Counted from the stretch's first letter, positions 17,382 to 26,047 are shown. The stretch: DNA of 26,106 nt from Verrucomicrobiales bacterium (GCA_031411295.1 JANOAV010000092.1:1-26106), one strand, 5' to 3'. The notes: generated from the sequence alone by a model not told the origin. Translations and numbers: made by a program.

Positions 17382-18248
17382 ATGTTAAATCGTCGCCAAT
17401 TTCTGCAAATCACCAAACGCCTGGTCAAAGGCAGCTTGGCAGTAGGATCGGTATGCCTGGCGGATGCCTATTTCTACGAACGACATTTCCCCGTGGTCGA
17501 AACCAACGTGCTGGGTCTGCGCGGCTTGGGCGAGGCCTGGCGGGGGACTCGGGTGGTGCAACTGACGGATTTGCATTTGGAGCCATTCACCACCGCAGCC
17601 GATATCACACGGGCGGTTGATTTGGCGAATTCGCTCAATCCGGATTTGATCCTCATCACGGGCGATTTCATGACCAAAGCATGGCAGCCGGTGGCCCAGT
17701 TGGCCGAACTCCTCAGCGATCTCAAAGCACCGCTGGGGATCTATGGCTGCCTGGGAAATCACGACCATTGGCATCGTCCGGACGCCATTCAGCAGGAACT
17801 CGAACGCAGGGGCATTGGCATCCTGCGCAACGAAGGCACGGTGCTCCTGCGGCACGGTCAGCCGATGTTTCTGGCGGGCGTGGATTCCGCTTGGGGTGGC
17901 GCGCCCAACTTCGGCAAGGCGGTCGCTTCCCGTCGGGCCGGGGATCCACTCCTGCTCATGGTGCACGAGCCAGACTTTGCGCTGCAAGTGGTGCCCACCG
18001 GACTGGTCTCAGCCCAACTTTCGGGTCACACGCACGGCGGGCAAGTGCGAGCCCCGGGATTCTCCCCGCCGTTTCTGCCCAAGTTAGGAAAGCGTTTTGC
18101 CGCTGGCAGTTATGAGGTGGGAGACACCTCACTCTACGTGAGCCGCGGCATCGGCTGTATCGGTCTGCCCTTGCGATTTGCCTCCGCCCCGGAGGTCACG
18201 CTGCATGTGCTGGAGCCGAAAATTGCTGCAGCGGCTGATTCGTCCTAA
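17382..18248 (+). CDS. Calcineurin-like metallophosphoesterase (YkuE/LpxG-like subfamily)
   Basis: DLH, GD, GNHD, HEPD and SGHTHGGQ motifs, plus VSRGIG and PEVTL. Twin-arginine-like N-terminus MLNRRQFLQ. Confidence 0.92.
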   Translation: MLNRRQFLQITKRLVKGSLAVGSVCLADAYFYERHFPVVETNVLGLRGLGEAWRGTRVVQLTDLHLEPFTTAADITRAVDLANSLNPDLILITGDFMTKAWQPVAQLAELLSDLKAPLGIYGCLGNHDHWHRPDAIQQELERRGIGILRNEGTVLLRHGQPMFLAGVDSAWGGAPNFGKAVASRRAGDPLLLMVHEPDFALQVVPTGLVSAQLSGHTHGGQVRAPGFSPPFLPKLGKRFAAGSYEVGDTSLYVSRGIGCIGLPLRFASAPEVTLHVLEPKIAAAADSS

Positions 18249-18254
18249 CGGAAA

Positions 18255-18362
18255 GTAGTCATCATCGCTCCGCGTGATGACCAGCACGAATGCCCCGTCC
18301 CAAAAAGCTCACGCATCACGACACACATCCGACCGCCGTCACGCGGAGCAAGGCTGGGCTAC
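18255..18362. repeat. Inverted REP-like pair (REPIN-like), family C, between convergent genes
   Basis: GTAG-TCATCATCGCTCCGCGTGATGA at 18255-18280. The inverted, degenerate copy at 18336-18362 reads GTAG-CCCAGCCTTGCTCCGCGTGACGG on the minus strand. Confidence 0.7.
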
Positions 18363-19300
18363 TTTTTCATAGACCACGCGGTCAACCAGGTTTCCTTTTC
18401 CGGCTTGAATCCCTGAGCCTTGATCAGCGTTTCCAAGCCGGGTAAATGGCCCGCTCCGAAGAAAATGGCCAGTTTCTTTTTGCCTGCTTTGACCGATTCG
18501 ATGAGTTTCGCGTTCACCACCTTGTTGCGTTCTGTTAGTAGCACGCTGCCCTTGTCCGCATCCGGGCCTTCGAACGATTCCACCATGCTCTCGGCCTTGT
18601 CGAACACTTTGGCCATGATGATCTTGAGCGCATCGGAGCCACCCTTGCCGTTCAGCGCTGCGAAAATTTGGCCCAGATCCAAATTCGCATCCTTCTCATC
18701 GATCCCCAATTTCCCCTCTTTCTCCATTTTCATGGCCCGAGACAGCAGGGTCATGAGGTTCTCTCCCTTGTCCGCCTGCAGCTTGGAAAATTGCTCTGCG
18801 CTCAGATCTGCGTGGATGAAATTTGGTTTGGTGTAGTCAATGTGATCCAGTTGGAAAGTCAGCCGCAGGAGTTGTCCCACCATCTTCTGCATCGCGCGCA
18901 GTGGATTCGCTGCGGCCGCAGCCTTGGTGGCTTTGGCATCGGGATTGCTCTCAGACTTGCCTTCCTGCGCCTCCTTCAAGGCCGCCGGATCTCCCACCAG
19001 TTCATAGAGCACCGCATCATAGGTGGTTAGTTGTTGGTTGAGCTTCTCGTAATAAGCCAAATCAGCAATATGCACCACGCCCACCAAATCCACACTCACC
19101 CCATCGGCATTGGTATAGGTCTTCACGGCAGTCTCCAAGCGAGCCTCTGCGCCTTCCTCCTGGTAGCGAATAAAATCGCTGGGAGGCACTGCGGGCTTGG
19201 CTGCCGGAGCTTCAGTCGCTGGAGTCGGCACGGGCGCTGGGGCTTCTTGAGCAACCAGGGTCAGCGTCAGGAATGCAAGCGGGAGGAGGGAAAATTTCAT
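18359..19300 (-). CDS. Secreted TraB/GumN-like putative metallohydrolase
   Basis: Signal peptide, Pro/Ala linker, then LVGVVHIAD, VLYELV, ERN and IFFGAGHL, matching the H/E/RN/GxxH pattern of the TraB-GumN-Tiki superfamily. Confidence 0.68.
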   Translation of the reverse strand: MKFSLLPLAFLTLTLVAQEAPAPVPTPATEAPAAKPAVPPSDFIRYQEEGAEARLETAVKTYTNADGVSVDLVGVVHIADLAYYEKLNQQLTTYDAVLYELVGDPAALKEAQEGKSESNPDAKATKAAAAANPLRAMQKMVGQLLRLTFQLDHIDYTKPNFIHADLSAEQFSKLQADKGENLMTLLSRAMKMEKEGKLGIDEKDANLDLGQIFAALNGKGGSDALKIIMAKVFDKAESMVESFEGPDADKGSVLLTERNKVVNAKLIESVKAGKKKLAIFFGAGHLPGLETLIKAQGFKPEKETWLTAWSMKK

Positions 19301-19406
19301 CTGACAGCTTCACCCTGATTTTCCAGAAGACAAGCGGCAGTAGCCACGAGCGGCAAAACAGAAGACCACCAATATGTGAAATCTCTGCACTAACCTCATT
19401 TTCCCC

Positions 19407-21641
19407 TTGGCGGATGCGCGTTCGTCGGTTCTAAGGGAGAACGCTACCCCTCCTGCCGCCTTGATTAGTAAACCCGCCACCGATCCCGCCGAAACCCTGC
19501 AAGCTCACGCCGATTCCTTGATCGGTGCTGGCGAGCGTGTCGTGGCGCGGTTGCAAACGGATCTCAATGCTGATCTGCATTTCCACCAAGGATTGATCGT
19601 GCTGACCAATCAGCGACTGCTCCATTTGGAACTGGGGGCCGGGCCGCGCATCCAAGTCACTCCGTGGAAACTCACTGAGGTGGACGAACTCACGCTGGAG
19701 GAATATGGCGCCACGGCTGCGCTCAATCTCCAGAACCAGGGCAGCGGAATTTTCCACTGGCGGCTCACCGGAGGGCGCGTGCGGGAAGCCGACAGTCTGG
19801 TGGCAAAATTCAGAGCCCAGCGCAAACTGGCCCTCGCCAATGCTCCGGAGGAAACGGACACCGAAGAACCGGAACCCACGGAAGACGATGCGGGAGGTCC
19901 TCCCCGCAAGGCCTTGCTGCGCTTGTGGCAATTCGGCCAACCCTGGCGCAACCAACTTGTCCTGGCCTTCATCCTGACCCTGGCCAGCACGTGGGCCGTG
20001 ATGGTGTGGTCCTACCTGATTACTCCCCTAACGGATGAGTTGGCACAGACCCACGGTCCGGTGCGGAAGGAGAAAGTGCTGCTCTACATCCTCGGCATGG
20101 CCGGGGCCTCGGTGGCAGCCTGGGCCCTCAGCTGGATCAAGACCTGGCTCCTGGCTCGTGTCAGCGAGCGTGTCGCCAGCCAATTGCGGCGGCAAACGTT
20201 CAACCATTTGCAGCGGCTCTCGCTGGCTTATTTCAACAAGAAACGCACGGGAGACCTGATTCGTCGCATCAGTTCGGACACGGATGAGATTTGCTTCTTC
20301 ATGTCGGTCAATCTCATCGGCTTTGCGGATGATATTTTGATGCTGCTCTTTACTGCGATTTACCTGCTGAATGTAGATCCCACCATCGCCATTGTAGCGC
20401 TGGGGCCGCTGCCGATCGTAGCCTATCTGGTGAACCGCGTGCGGGAAAAGCTGCGGGGAGGGTTTGCTGCCGGCAGTCGCGCTTGGAGTCAGATGTCCAG
20501 CGTCCTAACTGACACCATTCCCGGTGTCCGCGTGGTCAAAGCGTTCGCGCAAGAGGCCAGGGAAATCGAGCGTTTCCGGGCGGCGGATCAGCTTGTGCTA
20601 GACTGCAATGATCGCGTGAACAAGACGTGGTCGTTCTTTTCTCCGATGATCACCTTGCTAACCGATGCTGGATTGCTGGTCGTCTGGGGTTACGGCGCCT
20701 GGAGCGTGGCCCATGGCAAAATCACCGTGGGTCAATTATCAGGTTTCGTGATCCTGATTGGGCGATTCTACGCGCGGCTTGATTCCATGAGTCGCATGTT
20801 AGCCGCCGTGCAACGCGCGGCCGCCAGTGCGCACCGCGTCTTTGATTTATTGGATGTGAAGCCAGATATGCCAGTGACCGCAGAGACGAAATCCGTGGGC
20901 CGTCTGAAGGGGGAGATCGAGCTGAAGGATGTGAAGTTCCGCTACGGTTCACGGCAAATCATGCGGGGGGTCAGTCTGAAAATTGCGCCCGGGGAAATGA
21001 TCGGACTCGTCGGTTCCAGCGGAGCAGGGAAGACAACGCTGGTGAATCTGGTCTGTCGATTCTTCGAAGTCTCGGAAGGCGCCATTTTTGTGGATGGAAT
21101 GGATCTACGGGAACTCAACGTGGAAGACTACCGGCGGAATCTGGGGTTAGTCTTGCAGGAACCTTATTTATTCTTCGGCACCATCCTGGAGAACATCGCC
21201 TACGGGAAACAACATGCCACCCGGGAGGAAATCATCGCTGCCGCCCGGGCCGCTCGCGCCCACGAGTTCATCATGAAACTGGCCGACGGCTATGATTCCA
21301 TGGTGGGAGAACGCGGCCAGCAACTCTCCGGCGGAGAGCGCCAACGTATCAGCATCGCCCGTGCGCTGTTGATCAATCCCTCCATCCTAATTCTGGACGA
21401 AGCCACGTCCGCCGTGGATACCGAGACCGAGCGCGAGATTCAAGCGGCCTTGGATAATTTGATCACTGGCCGCACCACCATTGCCATCGCCCACCGGTTA
21501 GGCACGCTGCGCAAAGCGAATCGCTTGGTGGTGATGGAGAACGGTAAAATTGTGGAGATCGGATCCCATGAATCCCTGCTGGAAGCAGGCGGAGCTTATG
21601 CCCGTCTGCATGAAGCAATGATGGAGGTAACCAACGGATGA
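19407..21641 (+). CDS. ABC exporter half-transporter (TMD + NBD) with extra N-terminal domain, cyanophycin-locus-associated type
   Basis: TM helices, Walker A GSSGAGKT, Q-loop VLQEP, LSGGERQR, ILDEATS and IAHRL, with an extra ~165-aa N-terminal region. No in-frame ATG near the 5' end, so a TTG start (19407 or 19461) is assumed. Confidence 0.92.
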   Translation: MADARSSVLRENATPPAALISKPATDPAETLQAHADSLIGAGERVVARLQTDLNADLHFHQGLIVLTNQRLLHLELGAGPRIQVTPWKLTEVDELTLEEYGATAALNLQNQGSGIFHWRLTGGRVREADSLVAKFRAQRKLALANAPEETDTEEPEPTEDDAGGPPRKALLRLWQFGQPWRNQLVLAFILTLASTWAVMVWSYLITPLTDELAQTHGPVRKEKVLLYILGMAGASVAAWALSWIKTWLLARVSERVASQLRRQTFNHLQRLSLAYFNKKRTGDLIRRISSDTDEICFFMSVNLIGFADDILMLLFTAIYLLNVDPTIAIVALGPLPIVAYLVNRVREKLRGGFAAGSRAWSQMSSVLTDTIPGVRVVKAFAQEAREIERFRAADQLVLDCNDRVNKTWSFFSPMITLLTDAGLLVVWGYGAWSVAHGKITVGQLSGFVILIGRFYARLDSMSRMLAAVQRAAASAHRVFDLLDVKPDMPVTAETKSVGRLKGEIELKDVKFRYGSRQIMRGVSLKIAPGEMIGLVGSSGAGKTTLVNLVCRFFEVSEGAIFVDGMDLRELNVEDYRRNLGLVLQEPYLFFGTILENIAYGKQHATREEIIAAARAARAHEFIMKLADGYDSMVGERGQQLSGGERQRISIARALLINPSILILDEATSAVDTETEREIQAALDNLITGRTTIAIAHRLGTLRKANRLVVMENGKIVEIGSHESLLEAGGAYARLHEAMMEVTNG

Positions 21642-22117
21642 GTCAGGAACTAGCAAAAAATTTCACCCTGGAAATGGAGCCGAACGGCAGTCTCACCTTC
21701 GTGGCCACCGACGGCACCCGGACGGAGAAGGCCAAGCCCGTGCGGCTGTTCCCCCTCACAGATCCCGAGTCCTGGATCGCGGTCGTTTCCTCCGAAGGCC
21801 GGGAATTGGCGTGCGTGGAGGATCTGCAAACCTTGCCTGAGGCCGTCCGCACCACCTTGCTGGCCGCCTGTGGAAAACGGGATTTCGTCCCGGTCATCAA
21901 ATCCATCAAGAGCGTCACCCGGGCCGCCAACGGCCACACGTGGACTGTCATGACGGATCGGGGCGAAAGCATTTTCCAAACCGAAAGCGACGAAAGCATC
22001 CAGCCTCTGGGGCAGGACCGCGTCGTGGTCATCGACAGCCGCAATACCCGTTATTTAGTGCCCGACGTGAATAAGTTGGACCCCAAAAGCCGTCAGAAGC
22101 TTGAGCGTTATTACTAG
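21638..22117 (+). CDS. DUF1854-family protein
   Basis: PVRLFPLTDPE, GRELACVEDL, RDFVPVIKSI, WTVMTDRGE and RYLVPDVNKLDPKSRQKLERY. ATGA overlap with the ABC gene. Confidence 0.85.
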   Translation: MSQELAKNFTLEMEPNGSLTFVATDGTRTEKAKPVRLFPLTDPESWIAVVSSEGRELACVEDLQTLPEAVRTTLLAACGKRDFVPVIKSIKSVTRAANGHTWTVMTDRGESIFQTESDESIQPLGQDRVVVIDSRNTRYLVPDVNKLDPKSRQKLERYY

Positions 22118-22165
22118 ATTGTTAGTCGATTGCTCTACCCTTGATGCATGGGAAGTGCATTGCAC

Positions 22166-22201
22166 TTGCCTTAGCCGCGCAATGAACCTACACTTGCCAC
22201 C
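22166..22201 (+). promoter_or_regulatory. Sigma70-like leaderless promoter of the DUF4058 gene
   Basis: TTGCCT (22166-22171), 17 nt, TACACT (22189-22194), 7 nt, ATG (22202). No SD motif. Confidence 0.65.
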
Positions 22202-22999
22202 ATGAACGTTTCCAAACAGAACCCATTTCCCGGGATCAACCCGTGGATGCAAAAGCGCTGGCCAGATGTGCATACCGCGTTGATTACCTACATTCGCGAC
22301 GCTTTGGCAGTGGCCTTGCCGGAGGATTTGTCCGCCTCGGCTGAAGAAGCGTTATACGTTGTCGGCGGGGAGCAGGATGGTCAACGTTACCTAGCAGATG
22401 TGGGCGTGCGACAAGCGCAAAGTGAGTCTTGGATTACCCCTTGGCAGCCCTCGGAGCAGGACGGCGGAATCATGGTGGCCGAGCCCATTGTGGTAGATGA
22501 TGAGGCACCCACGGCACGCTGGGTAAACATTTCCGACCGCCAGGGGCGCTTGATTACCGTCATTGAGGTCTTGAGTCCGTCCAATAAATCCAGCAGTCTG
22601 GCCAACTATCAGCAGAAAATTCTCCACCTGCGGAATGCCGGAGTGAACGTGGTAGAACTTGATTTCATCCGCGGTGGCACCCACGCGGTGGCCATCCCTG
22701 TCCATGACCTGCCGTATAAACGGGAGGAAAATAGCATCATTTGTGTCTCCCGAGATGCCGCGCCTGGGCGACGGCAGTATCAGATCTATCCCACCCCTCT
22801 AACGCAGCCACTTCCCGGTATCCGCATCCCTCTGCGCCACGGAGAACGCGACACCGCCCTCGCGCTCCAGCCGCTCATCGACCGTTGCTATGCCATGGGG
22901 CGCTATTGGCAAATGGACTACAAACAACCACCAGAGCCTCCCTTGTCACCGGAACTTGCCGCTTGGGCCTCTGAGAAATTGAGCGCGGCGGGATTCTGA
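22202..22999 (+). CDS. DUF4058-family protein (Uma2-like PD-(D/E)XK nuclease fold)
   Basis: NPFPGINPW...WPDVHTALI, LADV, ITVIEVLSPSNK, VVELDFIRGG, LPGIRIPLR and DYKQPPEPPL. Confidence 0.88.
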   Translation: MNVSKQNPFPGINPWMQKRWPDVHTALITYIRDALAVALPEDLSASAEEALYVVGGEQDGQRYLADVGVRQAQSESWITPWQPSEQDGGIMVAEPIVVDDEAPTARWVNISDRQGRLITVIEVLSPSNKSSSLANYQQKILHLRNAGVNVVELDFIRGGTHAVAIPVHDLPYKREENSIICVSRDAAPGRRQYQIYPTPLTQPLPGIRIPLRHGERDTALALQPLIDRCYAMGRYWQMDYKQPPEPPLSPELAAWASEKLSAAGF

Positions 23000-23096
23000 C
23001 GGCCTACAGGTCACACAAATGTTTTTTTTCACCGAAGCTGAATAAATTAGATGCCAACTGGCGTCAGAAGTGGCAGCGATGGCGCTCGATTTTATT

Positions 23097-25172
23097 ATGA
23101 ATTACATTTTCTGTTTAGTTAGTCTCCTGGGTGCGTTTCTGCTGTTTCAAGTGCAGCCGATGATTAGTAAGTTCATCCTGCCGTGGTTTGGTGGGAGCCC
23201 CGGGGTGTGGACTACGTGCATGCTGTTTTTCCAAATGGTGCTCTTTGGGGGCTACACTTATGCGCATTTCCTGACGCGGCGGAAGCCCGGCATGCAGGCG
23301 ATCATCCATGTGAGCCTGCTGATTCTGGCCGCTGTGCTGTTGCCCATCGTGCCGAATGAAGCGCTGAAACCCACGGACTCGAATCATCCGTCGATGCGCA
23401 TTTTGCTGCTCCTACTCACCACGGTGGGGTTGCCCTATTTTATCCTTTCCGCCACCAGTCCGACGGTGCAGGTCTGGTATGGTCGCGTTTATCCTCATCG
23501 TTCTCCTTTCCGGCTATATTCCTTGTCCAATATCGGCTCGCTGGGCGCGTTGCTTAGCTATCCCATCTTGATTGAACCTCGCTGGGACGTGCTGAATCAA
23601 GCGTGGATCTGGTCCATCGGGTTTGTGATCTTCGCCCTCTTCATGGGAGCCTGCGCCATCGGTGAATGGAAGCGCGGCAGCTCTGAGGCGGAAGAGAAAT
23701 TACACCAGGAAGAGGCGGCCGATGCGAAATTGCCTGGCCCGACGATCTGGCGTCGCCTGACGTGGGTGGCGTTACCGGCCTTTGCTTCGGTGATGCTGCT
23801 GGCGACGACCAACCATGTCTGTCAGGATGTAGCCGTGATTCCCTTTCTCTGGGTGGTGCCGCTGGCGCTGTATTTGCTGACGTTCATCATCTGTTTCGAT
23901 CACCCCCGGTGGTATCTGCGCGCGGCCTGGGCGTTACCTGCCATGGTGGTGCTGTTGTTGGTATCCTCCGGGTGGTCCCCCAATATTGTGGCGGAAATTT
24001 TGGTCGCTTTTGCGGCCATGTTCCTGATCTGTATGGTGTGTCATGGTGAACTGGCGAGACTGAAGCCGGGAACTTCCCACCTGACAGAATACTATCTACT
24101 CATGTCTGCGGGCGGAGCCATTGGTGGCCTCACGGCCAGCCTGATTGGACCGATGGTGTTCACGACGTTCATGGAGTGGTCACTTGGCCTCTTGATCGGC
24201 TTCGCTTTGGTGGCTTGGGTGGCGTATCGTGGGCTGTCAAAGCATGCCGCCCCCGGGATTCAGCAACCGCTCGCGCTGGGCTTTGCGGTGGTGACTGCGA
24301 TTGGTTTGTATTTCATCAGCGGTTGGGAATTCACCTTCAGCGAATCACTGGTGCGCATTCGTAATTTCTATGGCACCATCTCCGTGCGGGAGCGCCAGAC
24401 CGACCCAGAGGACACGAATGGGAAAGTGGAGAAATTCCGCTCACTGTATTGCAGTGGCACGGAGCACGGTCGGCAGTTTCTATCTGAGGCGCTGAAACGC
24501 GAACCGCTAACGTATTACGGTTACGAGTCCGGGGTCGGGCAATTGCTCCTCGGCCTCAAAGCCAAGGCCGATGCTAAAGTGGGTGTCATCGGCATGGGCA
24601 CCGCCACGCTAGCCGCCTATGGCGAGGCCGGGCAGACGTATCGCTTCTACGAAATCAATCCAGACATGGTGAAGGTGGCGGAAACTTATTTCACCTACCT
24701 CTCTGACATGAGAGCCCGGGGAGCCAAATACGAGTTGGCCTTGGGCGATGCCCGTCTGATGATGGCCAAAGAGCCTGACCAGCAGTATGACGCCTTGGTG
24801 CTGGATGCCTTCAGTGGGGACTCTGTGCCAGCTCACCTCATCACCAAAGAGGCGTTCACCATTTACCAGCGCCACATGAAACCTCAGGGCGTGATTGCGG
24901 TGCATATCACCAACCACTATCTAAACTTGGCTCCCGTCGTGGAGCGATTGGCCAAGGAGTTCGGTTACCTAACCACGCGCATCTGTGTCGATCCAAAAGA
25001 TAAACCAGGGCACTACCAACCGGACTACCTGCTGCTCAGCAAGGATGCGGAGTTTATCAAAGCGCATCCTCCAGTTCCTCCGTCCTACGCGCACGATATC
25101 CCCAATATCCCGCTCTGGACAGATCACGCGCACAACTTGTTCCAAATTCTGGAGCACAAGCGCGAGGATTAA
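23097..25172 (+). CDS. Polytopic membrane protein fused to a spermidine-synthase-like SAM-dependent methyltransferase domain
   Basis: About 12-13 TM segments (AFLLFQVQPMISKFILPWFGGSPGVWTTCMLFFQ), then RNFYG, GTEHG, IGMGTATL, FYEINP, GDAR and LDAFSGD. Start at ATG 23097 or 23079. Confidence 0.88.
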   Translation: MNYIFCLVSLLGAFLLFQVQPMISKFILPWFGGSPGVWTTCMLFFQMVLFGGYTYAHFLTRRKPGMQAIIHVSLLILAAVLLPIVPNEALKPTDSNHPSMRILLLLLTTVGLPYFILSATSPTVQVWYGRVYPHRSPFRLYSLSNIGSLGALLSYPILIEPRWDVLNQAWIWSIGFVIFALFMGACAIGEWKRGSSEAEEKLHQEEAADAKLPGPTIWRRLTWVALPAFASVMLLATTNHVCQDVAVIPFLWVVPLALYLLTFIICFDHPRWYLRAAWALPAMVVLLLVSSGWSPNIVAEILVAFAAMFLICMVCHGELARLKPGTSHLTEYYLLMSAGGAIGGLTASLIGPMVFTTFMEWSLGLLIGFALVAWVAYRGLSKHAAPGIQQPLALGFAVVTAIGLYFISGWEFTFSESLVRIRNFYGTISVRERQTDPEDTNGKVEKFRSLYCSGTEHGRQFLSEALKREPLTYYGYESGVGQLLLGLKAKADAKVGVIGMGTATLAAYGEAGQTYRFYEINPDMVKVAETYFTYLSDMRARGAKYELALGDARLMMAKEPDQQYDALVLDAFSGDSVPAHLITKEAFTIYQRHMKPQGVIAVHITNHYLNLAPVVERLAKEFGYLTTRICVDPKDKPGHYQPDYLLLSKDAEFIKAHPPVPPSYAHDIPNIPLWTDHAHNLFQILEHKRED

Positions 25173-25339
25173 GGGCATTGCGGAAAAAGGATCAGCAGGA
25201 ATGTGGAGCTGTCCGCTGGACTGCTCAATGTTTCCAGATCACTCATATTGCCCGTGCGTAAGTTAGCCTTGGGGCTCCAAACTTGGGGCTGATCCACATT
25301 CTGTTTGTGAGGCCATGGAATCTGGGTATATCTCAGGTG

Positions 25340-26029
25340 ATGTTCCCTAAAATATTCACCCTTTTACTTCTCCTCACGGCGGCACAGTTTGGCTGGGCCG
25401 AAGAAGAGCAGGCTCATGGCGTGGTTTTTGAGCAATGGGTTCGAGACACGTTCTTCGGCGGTTATAAGCCGGCATCCTACACTCAGAAATGGGACGTGCC
25501 TGCGAAGGAGAACGTGGATCACGGCGGGATTCCCGCCAATCCCAAGGCCACAAAATTCGGCACCCCCATCGACATGGGCGACGCGCTGCGACAGTTCGCT
25601 GTCGCTCAGGGAGAAGAATCATTCATCATCATCTCCGGGTTCTGGGATCAGGAAGGGGACTTCAAAAAATGGGTCCTGGGCGTGCCCGTCACGATCACTG
25701 CGGAGCAATACCGCAAGCTGTGGGAGCCGATCACCCAGGCCGATTTGGCGAGACTGGATGCCGTGGTCAAGGACAAGTCCCTGAGCGTGGAGGAGGCGCG
25801 CGCGGAGGCTCAGAAAATCAAGAATGCAGCGCCCTTTACGAAATCAATTATCCAGGTGAACCCAAAATTGGATAACAAACAACGCCGACTGCAATGCAGC
25901 ATCCGCTTTGCGGATTTCTTTAAGATGCTGGCTCCAGCAGTGGAGCCCGTGCGGCAGCAGAAACCAGAGATCTGGGGCAAGCCGATGCCAGCGCCCGCCT
26001 TGTCCCCGCCGCGGCGGAGACAGAAATAG
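25340..26029 (+). CDS. Secreted hypothetical protein, possibly restriction-endonuclease-like fold
   Basis: Clean signal peptide MFPKIFTLLLLLTAAQFGWA. The mature part has QAHGVVFEQWV, YTQKWDVP, NPKATK, IDMGDALR and VNPKLDNKQRRLQCSI. The ORF is solid; the function is tentative. Confidence 0.7.
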   Translation: MFPKIFTLLLLLTAAQFGWAEEEQAHGVVFEQWVRDTFFGGYKPASYTQKWDVPAKENVDHGGIPANPKATKFGTPIDMGDALRQFAVAQGEESFIIISGFWDQEGDFKKWVLGVPVTITAEQYRKLWEPITQADLARLDAVVKDKSLSVEEARAEAQKIKNAAPFTKSIIQVNPKLDNKQRRLQCSIRFADFFKMLAPAVEPVRQQKPEIWGKPMPAPALSPPRRRQK

Positions 26030-26047
26030 GCGATCCTGACCCGCCAG

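Noticed and set aside
25283..25339. TTG-started extension of the last CDS
   Set aside because: ATG 25340 yields a canonical signal peptide, which the extension would bury.
22202..26029. DUF4058 + methyltransferase + nuclease-like gene as a restriction-modification system
   Set aside because: The methyltransferase is a membrane-fused spermidine-synthase-like type without DNA MTase motifs (DPPY/NPPY or PCQ), and the last protein appears to be exported.
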